A stretch of 64,000 nucleotides of DNA from Geosiphon pyriformis uo1 (Eukaryota > Fungi > Glomeromycota): positions 2,239,538 to 2,303,537 of the forward strand of contig JAAOMT010000128.1 of assembly GCA_016748015.1 (NCBI GenBank), read 5' to 3'. Made by a program: the position numbers and the translations under genes. The notes beneath the pieces were generated by a model. It was not told where the DNA came from, ran no database searches, and saw only the letters and a list, made by a program, of their open reading frames with translations. Positions 26,095 through 38,084 of the stretch are shown here, one piece after another (within the stretch, counting starts at the first letter, position 1; each line of letters begins with the position of its first letter).

Positions 26095-27572
26095 TCATGT
26101 CGGACAGAACATCATCATTTGACCGAAGAATGGCCCGTAATGCGAAGATATTCCCGGAATAAAGTATCTTGTTGAGACACCAGCGTTGCATCCCTAGAAA
26201 ATCATCAAAAGAAAAATCAAAACGAAATATTAGAATCCAAGAACTTACGAATATTAGGTTTAAATGTAATTACTGAATGTTCCTCTCTGTCAAAGGATTT
26301 CCTCGGGTAATCTTCAATTATTGGTCCTTTACAACGCCAAACATGGCAAGGGACTTGGTGAAGTGGTAGAAAAGGATCACAATCGCAATCCCATTCGATC
26401 CAGTATTCGGTTTCTATGTGCCAATAGCCAGAGAGTTTGTTGGGTTTTTGTGAAACCAAGTCCTCAGAATGCGTGATTCGGTAAATTCCGTTTAGCATAT
26501 ACTCAACATAATCGGCGAACATGGCGTTTCCCATTCTTGGTTGAGCAAATGTAATCACGTCTATTCTCAATTCTTTGTAGGATTTTCGTAGTTCCATCGC
26601 AAAGAAGACCGCGTAAACTGAGAGATACATGGACCATTTTTAAGGAAATTTTTTTTTTCAATTGCGAAAAAGGTTTTGTATAACGATTACTCACCGCCAC
26701 CTAAACCATGACCGGTCAACCAAAAAGAATATGTAGAATAATTTTTGTCCGATAAATAAGTGGCGACTAAGAGAAACAGGTTTTCTTCAGCCGCTTTGTA
26801 TGCGCGGTGAAAACCTCGGTCAACCCTAGCGTCTTGCAAACCAGGATATGGTATTAGGATATTTTGTCTTTTATTGTAAGCAGTAAGGTCCAATTCCTCT
26901 CCCCTTAAAGTAATGATAATTTCTCGATTTGTATGGTTTAATATCGCACTGCCTATAAATAAAAATATTTAAGTCAAATTTAAAACGCAAGTATTATTCT
27001 TTGGACATGATAAATTAGATTGTACCGTAAACATGGTTTGCCAGGTGAATAATATCATTCCCGCAATACGCATGATTTGCATATATGGCGAATCTCGCAA
27101 ATCTTTGCAATAATTTTATATCATCAATTTTTATTTTTGAAACGTCAGTTGGCCATGGCTTACGACCACGTTTGAAATTATTCCCTTGAGCCACGAAATT
27201 AGACGTGAGGATTTTGTTTTTATTGAAAGATTTTTTAAGGTGTGAAGAATTGATAAAATTTCCTGCGATACTAAAGGATGTGTGTGAGAAATTTCGAATG
27301 TTTTCTGGAAATAGTAACCCATCTGTAGAGTCAATCTTTTCCTGAGAAATAGAGAACCTTATTATTGATTGTCCCAAGCCTCTTGTAATGTTTAAAGTCC
27401 AGGCCAAATTGATAACGAAAACAACGGCTATCGTCGTCGTTATAAAAATAAACAAAAAAAACTCTTTTATCAAGGGATTCTTTTGCGGTAATAGTTTTCC
27501 TGAATATTTTGTTGAAATGAAAGTCAGCACACAATACTTTGTATGAAGAGCAGCAAAATTAAATTTTTGCAT
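26095..27572 (-). CDS. Class-3 lipase-fold protein 5, nucleophile Ser replaced by Gly (~415 aa)
   Basis: Exons 27572-27026, 26952-26695, 26617-26274, 26193-26095 (1248 nt). Motifs: YANHAYC, ITLRGE, VDRGFH, LTGHGLGG-V, ITFAQPRMGN, RITHSEDLVS, EYWI, CDC, HYGPFFG. Transmembrane segment FFLFIFITTTIAVVFVINLAW. Confidence 0.9.
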
Positions 27573-28821
27573 TCTAAAAATTTCTAAATTTAAAAGGGTT
27601 TGTCTTTACACAAAACCTTGTTTTCCTCAGCTTCGATTTCATATGTCCTGAGAACCATTACACTTTCTAAATAACCTTTTAGGGAACTTGATTATCGTAA
27701 ACCTTGAAATTAATCAGCAATAATATAAAAATTTTCTTCTGCTTTAAGAAAAAATTCATTTCAAACTGGGTCATATTCTTTCCCGTTTCAGCTAGAAAAT
27801 ATAAGACGCAAATTTTAAAAGAATTTAGCACAGGCTCTGCACTTGTATCTTGAAGATACAAATCACTTGCAAGCACAAATGATTCCAATAAAACATTTAC
27901 GTTTTATCAGTTGCCTTTTCGGGGTAAGCACAAGCCCGAAATGGGACATTTCAAAATGTTGTGAAAGCGCACTAAAATCATCCAAAACTTATTTATCGTC
28001 GACACCTAAAAATTATAAAAAATTAGAATATTTTTCATTATTCGTGGCAATTCGAACAAATATGAAACAAAAATTTTATTTTTCCGATCGATTTCACTCA
28101 CATGTGAGATGATTTTAGATTGTCGATGGGAAAACAATAATAGCAAATAGAAACGTGAAGAAACTACTCACGATCAAATAACAAGAATTAATTAATACAT
28201 TTCCGATACTAGCTTTAATTTTATAAAGTTTGTAATATTAAAAGTTTGTTCCGGAAGGAAATCTGAAAGTCAAATGAAATCTGTGATAACAAATTCTCAA
28301 GTTAACAGAGGTAAAAAAGCGAAAAGATGGGCATGATCTAGAAAGCAATATATTTTGTTCCTGATTTATTGATCGATTCTAAGATACCCAACAAGATTAA
28401 AAACTTGATTTACGGGGGAAGGTAAGTACCCAGTCGGGATTTCTCGCCAATTAGAAACTGGAAACGATTTGAGATTCAATGATATCTTTAAAGCCTAGCC
28501 TTTACATTATAAGTGCCAGAAATTCCCTTTGTGTGAAACAGTATTTCAAATTTCTCTTAATATTGATTTCCAGGGCGATTTTTTTGTATCAAAAAGATAG
28601 GACATTAAGAAAGGGAGGGTGAAATATGAACCTCTTTTGATACGAATCAAAGATTTCCTTTTCATGTGATAGTTATTTTGTATAGCATCCATATATTAGT
28701 GATTCAATTTTTTATCTTTGTCCATATTGTTTTTGCCTCCCCTCGATGGATATATAAGAACTTTTGGGAACGAAGCCTTCCCTAATTCAGGTGGAAGGAA
28801 ATTTCCTATTCGTATAAAGTT

Positions 28822-28856
<35 letters not shown>
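28822..28856. repeat. (ATG)n microsatellite
   Basis: About 11 ATG units; produces the spurious poly-His ORF 28696-28923. Confidence 0.9.
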
Positions 28857-29679
28857 AAATATTTTTCACAGGACAGGACAGGACTTGACGCAGTTCAAAT
28901 AGAATCTTTGTTGAAATGTTCAATAAAGAAAAATTTCAATGAGTGATTGAAAAGATCAAAAAAAAAATAGCAACAAAAACAATTGTAATATCATTTTTTT
29001 TTGCAAACTAATTTCTCTTGCAATTACGGTGAAAGATGTGAATAAAACCACGGGTTTGATTAAGAAGCAATGATTAAATTTTTAAGGCGATGGATCATTA
29101 ATAGACTGCTTTTGTTTGTTTCATAGAATTTTTTCTTTTGATCTTGGTTTAAAAAAATTTAAAAATTTATTTGATTACTTGAAAATAATTTTCTTTTTCT
29201 TTTGATGAGATTTAATTTTGACAAAAAGATTTTTCCATCCTGCAGATATCGATCTTTTAGAAGCAAACTAGATTTGAATTATTGGTATTTGAATTAAAGT
29301 TTTTATTTTTTTTACAGTTTAGATCATTCAATCATTAATTCTATAAAAAAAATACATTTGCCAATCTTAATATTTTTCATGTTTTTGACTTAAGAAAAAT
29401 TGTTCATATTTGTAATAAACATTTTTAACGCAATTCCGAACGGAACATTATTGGAAAATCTCAGCGATTGAGGAAATCCTAATCTTGAGTTTACGAAAAA
29501 TCATAATATTTATAGTACCCGATTTTTTGTAAAATCTCAAAATTTTACAATTAATCCGAGAAAATTTTATGACGCACATACAATGAAATCTTCAAATTAC
29601 TTAGTCAATTATTGCATTTTTACCCAGTGAAAAGTTTATATCACTAAGAGTGAGAGGAATTTAAAAACATTTTACAATA

Positions 29680-31149
29680 ATGGATTCTATTAAAATCTCG
29701 ATTTTTCAAAAGTTTCTTTCTCCATATCGAAAAGAACATTTTCTCTTGCTATTTTTTATCTTTCTTTTAACGATGGGTTTACCAAGGGAAACTGAATGGC
29801 GAGGTGAAATCTCCAAATTCAAATCTCAAAAAAATTTCTTAAAATACCCAAATAGTTTTCCAAATTTATATATGCCCTCTAGTTCAATAAATTCATCCCA
29901 AAATTTGGTAAAAGCTGTGGAAATAGTAAAGGCTTCCCAAGATTCTTTGATAGAAACGTCCTGGAAACAAAATATGGCCCTTGGAAGAAGAGGGATTTTT
30001 GATATTTTTAGGCGACCCACTAATACCGATGAGTCCCCAAAGTATTTTAAGCAACCAGCGCAAAAGTGGGAACTTAGTTTTTTAAAACAAATAGCAAAAA
30101 TCATCAGTAAATCTTATTGTACTAACGGAGTATGGCTTTTTAAGTCACCTGGACTTTCAGGTAAACCATTTTACCGATTATTAAAGGTGTAAGGCTTTTT
30201 ATTTTAATATTTTTTTACTAAACTTGCTTTTTTTCAAAGCCGTCCTTGATATGAATGCAGACATCATTTCATCATCTAATTATGCTGGAAAGTCTGTTGC
30301 GTTTATTTTCAAGGGCAGAGAACTCAGCTACGCAGGGATAAATATGTTAACAGATCGTTCACATTTTGGAGATTATAATAAAGAATTAGTCGCTGGTGCA
30401 GTTGTTGCCACTGAACTATATCAAAATCGATTTCAACGAGTTGAGAATGACCTGAATAAAATATTTCTGCAATTTACTTCTGACCGTAAATTTTCTCGTC
30501 ATTCTTTTACTTTTGCAGGACATGGTGAGGGTGGGGGTATGTAAAAATCTTCAATTCCCCCTATATTATTTCTATCAAGTTAATCATCTGACCACATTTT
30601 ACAATATACCAAATACTAGCATTTGCGGTTTATGCGGCTTTAGCCTTTCGTAGGCTAAAAGAAACAAAAAAACGAACCATTCATGTTGTAACATTTGGTG
30701 AGCTGCGTCATGGCAACAAAGTATTTTCAAGCTACGTTGACGAACAATTGAATCATGTTTATCGAGTAACAAAAATGGATGATTTTGTTCCATTGTTTGA
30801 ATGGCCCAAAATCTATGAAAACCCTTCACTGAGATTCCAACATCATCTTCATGAATATTGGATTCCACTTGTAGATTGTAATTGTTCTGACCAAGATGCT
30901 GCCGAACAAATGTCTGATAATTTTGCTTGGGTTTGTTGCTCACCATCAGGAGCCGAAAGTCAAGTATGTTATTCTAAAAGGTTTGATTTTTTTTTTGGAG
31001 AAAAGCAACCTTTAATTAAAACATTTTGATTTTATACTTGATAGGATTGCATTAATAAATACGCACCAACCCCACCTGAACCTCCCGGTCGATGGACTAG
31101 AGCACATTTTGGTCCTTATTTTGGTGTGACAATATCATACCAATGCTAA
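29680..31149 (+). CDS. Class-3 lipase-fold protein 6, nucleophile Ser replaced by Gly, divergent from gene 5 (~408 aa)
   Basis: Exons 29680-30160, 30240-30536, 30620-30963, 31045-31149 (1227 nt). Motifs: SKSYC, FAGHGEGG-A, VTFGELRHGN, RVTKMDDFVP, HEYWI, CNC, HFGPYFG. Hydrophobic N-terminal FLLLFFIFLLTMGL. Confidence 0.9.
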
Positions 31150-31344
31150 CATGAGAGAATGGGATTTTCAGTTTTAGAAGTTAAATTTTCTCTCTCTAGC
31201 TAGATTGTTATATAAAAAACTTTTATTTTTGCTAATTATTAGAAAATTATTAAAATAACAATTGATCTTTGTTCATTTTGCTTGATTAAGAGGTAAATTT
31301 TCTAGATTAAGTAATAAAAAGTCACTAATAGAAATGTTCAAAAA

Positions 31345-34300
31345 ATGGAACTTGAAATTAAAGATTTATTTGACGCCAATTGGATTATCAAAGATTTTAA
31401 TCAAGATTTAAAAAATTAAAAGGGTATTCAAAGTTATTATTAACTCGCTATTTTTAAAGATGATATATCTTGTACATTTTCAAAATTATGTCAATTTCTA
31501 AACTAATATTAATAATCCAAACCAATGTTCCAGCTCAAGCAATTGGAAAGTGATATATTTAAGAAAGTTATCTTTGATTCACAAAAACTCTGCTCAAAGA
31601 CTTCAAAGATAGTGAAAATTTATACCTGTCTCATAAATTAAATAAATTAAATTGAAATTTCTAAACTAAATAATTAAATTGCCAAAAATCTTATCGTATT
31701 TATAAAAATTTTCTGTCAAGTTAAAAAAGAATAAGAATTAGTTAACTTGATTCCTCTTGCTGAGATATCAATTTTCTAATTTGTAATTTGATTTAAACTA
31801 AGAATAAATCCAAATCAAGTATTTTATCTTAGAACATAATAAAGCAGCTGATAAAAATTTTATATGATAGATTTTCTTATGTGTTTGAACATATTAAAAA
31901 ACCCAATTTTGAAACCACTAATTTGAAATAGCATGAATGTTGGGAATAGTTGATAATATATATGATTTTTTTCTCTTGATTCAAAACAAAAAATTCTAAA
32001 TACATGTACTTTTGACCGGATTTCCTCTAGAAATGAAAATTTTCAGATTTAATATTTAATTTCTATTTTTCCCCAAAATTTTATAATGTGAAAGAGGTTT
32101 TAAATTATTTTACGGGATAATGACTGAAAGAAAACTCTGATAACAGGAATTGAAACGATCTAACTCTTAAAAATGAAGTTGATGATGGTAATTTCAATTT
32201 CAATAGGCTTATTGGGTCAATAATTTCTTTTGCTGCTTTAATTTCAAGAGAGTATTGGTTTTAAACCCAGCAAAAATTCTTTATTTCCATTATTATTATT
32301 ATTAATTGAATTCACAAATATAAACAAATATTTATCTATTTCAAGGCGATTGAAGGATTATTCAAACTCATCATTCCTATTATGTGACAACAGTTCGAGG
32401 TAGATTTAAAGTGTTGTGAGCCATTTTGCATACAATCGATTTACCAATGCTTAGAGGTGTCGAGAGATAAAAAGTTTGCAATTTCTTGGCTATGAATTAG
32501 ATGGAGGTTATTGGATTTTGCAATAAATAAAATAGGTCTATTAAGTTTCTTTGATGGTAATTTTTTCAAAATTATATTCTCAATTTTTGCCATTAAAATT
32601 CGTGCCAGTCCATACATTTGGGCAACGGAAGAAATTATCCGGTCACACATTCTGCCAAGGATACCAATGAAGAATATAGAGCTTACATATTTTATACCAG
32701 AATTGCATTTAATAGAATTACTTTTACATATCCCTAAATCATTCGAGAAATTCAAGTCTTCTAATGAACAGTTCCACAATAGAAAAACTTTTGATAGATT
32801 ATTTCATGAGGATATACGTGGAGCATTTGTTTTTTTCCTCCTTTAATTAGGCGATTTGTAAAGGAGAATAAATAACATAATAATAACATGCTATCCCACA
32901 TTTTACAGAGTTGGCCGTAATTTATATTTACCTATGAACTGATCCTGTAGATCTAAAGAGCCTATTAAAGGGTTAGAAAGAATATATAAGGTCTCCCCGA
33001 TGATTTCATTTCTTTTAAATCGATTTGATTTGAATGACCCTTTATTGAGCAAGTTTTAGCCAGCCGTTGAGTCCGAGTTCTTCTTATGTAGTGAAGCTTT
33101 TCGGAATATAGCGCTTGGTATATTCAGCATTTATTCATTTGATGTAGTTTATCTCATTCTACGTCATAATAAAGCAGATAAAACAATTGAGCGATATTCC
33201 TTATCGTGAATATTTTATTTACCAATGAGCAATCCTTGGCTACTGTTCCCATTGATCAATCAAAGTATTTCTTAACCAAATAAAATAAGAGGATACTTTC
33301 TAAAGTGGACCCTGAAAAATGACCCGTTTTTCATCACTTTACCCTTACACTTGGCCTTTTTAACATGGTTTATATAATTCAAAAACAATTGAAAATTTCT
33401 CAAATTCAATTAATTATGAAGACCTCAAGGTGAGATCCCTGCGAGAGAAGCTTTCAAGTTTTGACTTCTGGTCAAAGTCGAGATCTAGTTCAAATCTCTG
33501 AATCTACCTTGTATGCAAGCTTGGTGTTTTGCTTGAATATAAACATATCTAATGAAATATATCTACAGGCAAGTACGGTAGGAATATTAAAGCGATATAC
33601 ACATTTTCAATTGCATCCAACGTAAAAATATTGATATAGTGTTTTTAAAAGTTGTCAAAGATCAAGATGGAATTTTAGATTTATTTTTCTTTCCAAATAA
33701 GCCAGCAAATGATACATGAATGGACAATAACTTCAAACTCATGGAAATGAGTGGCCTATTGGAAAGGGCAAAATTCCATTTTTGACTCTTTTGCATCATT
33801 TTTAACAGCTATGCCAAAATTTGATCAACCCTTCAAATCCGTAAGATTTATTAGGTGGTGGTAAGGAAATTATCATTTATTCACCATATAAAGTTTAATC
33901 GGCTTTAAAGTTGCTTAATTTTCTTGGACCCAGTTTATCCATTTTTAAAAGCCATAGGTTTCTACCTGAGTGTTTGATTGAAGTTGTCACCTTTTGCCAA
34001 CCATCATTAGATGATATAAATTTAACGGAATTCCGCTCAAAAGACTCAATGAAAGGGAAAATCTTCCAAACATATTGAGTCTCACTCTGATGACTATCTC
34101 GTAAATTACGCTCTATAACAGTTAATTATCCAAAAATTTATTTATGGACCGGACAAACAGTAGATGGTGAAACTTTTATTGATCGTTTTCCTATCATTTC
34201 CCCTCTTATTAGATTTGCAATAAGGAAAGCAGAGAATTAGGGGAAAAATTATATTCAAGACCTTTACTTTAGCCATAATATAGGTTTGAAATTGTGAATC

Positions 34301-35440
34301 AAAATTTATATGAAATTCGCTTAATGTTATTAACAGTTCGAGACGCATAGTGAAGGATCGCCTTAGAGGGCTATTTAATTTTTCGTTTAGCTTTACAAAC
34401 ACATTTTTGATCTTTGGATTAAATTGAGTGTTTTCTAAAAGATCTGAATATATCTCAATCTCAGCGTAAATCGAGATAAAGTTTTGGTCCTAATTCAAAA
34501 TATAACATCTAAATGTATTCAGAATTCTTTTTGGAAAGTTGACCACAAACAAATTCCTCAACATTTTTAAATTCGTCTAACTTTTTGCTGAACCCTAAGA
34601 ATCGCTAAAGTTTTTTATGCAAATAATCGAAAAAATGTTACTTTTCAAGTTTTAACATGTTCTTGAAACACGACCGATACGAACAATATCTTTGCAGAAA
34701 AAAAATGTTTGCGGAATGTACAACTTAAGGGAGAGCTGGGTGCTTTAGAAATTTTGGCTTCTCGAAAGTCATCTGCGTCTTCGAAATCAACTCCGATGGT
34801 GAGGGCGGGGGCGGCGAGAAATAGCCCGTTGTTACGCTGCATGGTTGATATGAAAAGATCCTTCAAAGCGTTCGGCCGTACACTATTTACAAAATGAGCA
34901 TTTCAGATTGCCCGCAATTTGACAGCAGGTACAAATCCTTAATGCAAACTCCTGGTGATCTACTTATAAAAAGAATGATAGCTCGTGAAATATTGATGAA
35001 AATGATTTGTTCCAATCAATAGAAAGCCTTGTACATGATATACACATATACATGCCGAATAAAAACATACCAAATACCGGCAATCCAAAGACTTTTATTT
35101 TCTTGAAATGTTCAATGTCATCGCCCGTACTGATGTCAAGGATATATTTGAATCTTAAGTTTGTCTTCTCCAAAATATTCAAGGTCATTAGTGCAAGGAG
35201 ATCTGCTCGACTCACGAATGATGAGCTCTTGCTCGTAATGGCTTTGTAATGCCATGATAACATCATTTTTCTGTCCAGCCCTCCTCTTTGTAGTCACTTC
35301 TAGCTCTCGGTTTTGTTGAAATAATGATGTTGCCAAAATAATTTACAGAATTTTTTTTATATTGATCAGCAAATCACCAAGGAACTATATATTTCACTCA
35401 TGTCTTCAAGAAGAGGGATGGAGTTGTACTTCAATAAATC
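31345..35440 (+). pseudogene. Long decayed coding-like tract of unknown identity
   Basis: GC-richer than flanks. Plus-strand frames read protein-like over long stretches with sparse stops and frameshifts (e.g. 32511-32846, ~32940-33380, ~33900-34200, 35007-35249). No motif recognised; boundaries uncertain. Confidence 0.4.
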
Positions 35441-36446
35441 ACAACTTACATGATTCGAACATAAGAATTTTCAGCATGCACACAGAACAAATTCGAAAAT
35501 ATAAAGAAAATAAATGAATTACAAGTTCTTGTATAATATAAACAAATTGGAGCTAAATGAATAAATACAGTTGTTTTCAAATGACCATAAATAGCAATGT
35601 TAATTACTTTCCAATTATACATGTAAAAGTTCATTATGTATAAAAATAGTTTAAAATTAAGTGCCAAGCTTGAAGATTAGTTCAACATACCTTTAAGTTT
35701 AACTTAATAAGCTATTTATTCAACTTTATTTTTTTTTGATCACTTTTCACATATTCTGCAAAAAAAAATTATTTTATTGTATCAATTGTTCTTCCCTTGT
35801 TTAAATCAAATATATTATAATATTTGGCTTTATGTAAAAAGTTACAATTATAATTTAACCATAACATTTTTGGTATTCTAATTTACAAATACAAAATACT
35901 AACTTTTATTGTAATTTTTTACTGTTAATATAATGTCAAATTTGTAATGAAACTGTTAAACAAATAACTTATTGAATTAGTAAATAGGCTAAAAAAAAGA
36001 GTAAGATCAATAAATTTCAGATTTTTCTACCTGAAAACAGTTGTAAACAAAATAAAAAAGAGCAAGTATATTTTGTTGGTGTTATTGTTTTAACAATAAA
36101 CATTTGAAATCACTTTGATTTCTGAAAATATAATAATATATAAAAGCATATTAGATTAGTTTTTTATTGCTGAATTATATCCAAAATTGTTATAAATAAT
36201 ATTAAATAAAATAAAATAAATACAGAAAAGTAATTTTATAATAGAAGATATTTTAAATTATGTAATTTATTTTTTTATTATCTTTAATAACTAAATATAT
36301 AAGAAATTGTTATAATTATTAACACAAAAATTAATAAATAAGCCAAAAAACAATAAATAGCAATAAAATCAAATCTCTAAAAATTTGTTTGCTTATATAT
36401 AATTTAATATATGACAATCAAAATAAAATATATTTAATGAAATTAT

Positions 36447-37580
36447 AAAAATTTGCAATGATCAGTCACGTAGTGTAAAACCTGTGATAGATTGGTAAAA
36501 TCTGTAATAGGGTAAAACCCTATAAAACCCGTGATTGTATCAGATGAAATCTGTAATAAATAGACATTTTTAAGAACAACGGCACTTTTTGAGGGCAGAC
36601 TCAATTGAAAGTAGTGTAAAGTTGACCAAACTAAGTAGCACAACTTTGAATAGAAAATTCATATGAGTAATACTATTATACTGAAACAGGTAAGCCTAAA
36701 AATAGAGGTTCTTTTTCATTACATATAATGATCAGTTTTTATTGCAAAAAACTTAAATTTTTTCATAAATGACAAAATTCATTGTATAAAAACTTTTGGG
36801 AGAAGGATGTTAACTTCCAATTGCCATTGCCTTTGCTTTGTAGATTTTTTTGCAACCCATTTTATTGATACCAGCCAGAATTCTTAATATTTCGAAATGA
36901 ACATTTGGCAATCTGATGAATGCCATTAAAAAAAACTCCCATGAGGTGATATCTATATTAAAAATTAATAAATAAATACAGTAAGTGATAAACTTAATTC
37001 AAATTTACCTTTGTTTTGTAATTTGATTTTCTTTAAAAAAATTGATTTCTTCCGGTAAATCTTTGTTCTGAAAAGACATCTTTTCATTAATAGTGCTGAT
37101 TTCCATAAAATTGATGGTAAAGATTAGAGGCAGTTGCTGGTTAATTGGTCTATTTGATACAGTATCACTTGTGCATCAGTAAAAATAACTAAGAAAAGGT
37201 TAGAATGCAAAGCAAAAATAGAGAAAAAAATATAGACACTTTACTTAAGCTTTCCAGTCTCCAATAATATGCATTTTTCAGTCATATAAGCATTTGTAAA
37301 AACGTTTTTTGGAGTTTCCGTCTGTCAATTTGAATTCTAATCCACATGCAATAACATAAAAATTTTGCCAGTGTTTAAGACAAGACTCGAAATAATTATT
37401 TTTTGATAATACTGGAATCTGCAGTTTTTTACAAATTAAATGTGCATTTATCTCAGATTTTACCTGATACAATTACGGAGTTTACAGGTTTTTATCCTAT
37501 CACAGATTTTACCCAATCTATTGCAGGTTTTACATAACTCTCACAGGTTTTACATTACGTGTCTAATCATTTCAAATTTT
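36447..37580. mobile_element. Non-autonomous DNA transposon with long (~105-125 bp) imperfect TIRs, MULE/foldback-like
   Basis: Left end AAAATTTGCAATGATCAGTCACGTAGTGTAAAACCTGTGA...TTGTATCAGATGAAATCTG matches the reverse complement of 37455-37580 (AAAATTTGAAATGATTAGACACGTAATGTAAAACCTGTGA...TTGTATCAGGTAAAATCTG). TSD not resolved. Confidence 0.8.
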
Positions 37581-38084
37581 ACTATTGGTTATTTTAGATT
37601 TTAGTCATATTGTAATTTAAATTTTGATAGATAATACCAATTTCTATTAAGTTTTATATTTATTGTGTTTTTTAAATTGTGAAAAAAAATTTTTTTATCA
37701 GTAAGTTTTAAAAATAATTTGTAAATTGCAAATAAAAAATAAATTTGTTTTATTAATTAAAAAGTACAGTTCAATTACTTTTTAGTATATGTAAACAAAT
37801 TAAGTGTCTATAACTAAATGTAATTTACATATTTATTATATGTAACTAACTATTTGAGCTGGTCAAGCCTTTATTATATACTTATATTAACACTAACACT
37901 ATTATTCAGATTAAAAAAAACAATCATTTTATTATATAAACCAAAACTAACTGCAAAAGCTTCAGTTATACTAAGTAAACAAATTATTTCACTAAACAGA
38001 TTCTTAGTCAAATCATGTAAATTATAAAGAACAGATATATTATTACCAATTAAACCATTTTTTTTATTGTGATTTTATACTTAA

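Noticed and set aside
28696-28923. Poly-His ORF
   Set aside because: Product of an (ATG)n microsatellite in the intergenic region between lipase genes 5 and 6; no other coding signal.
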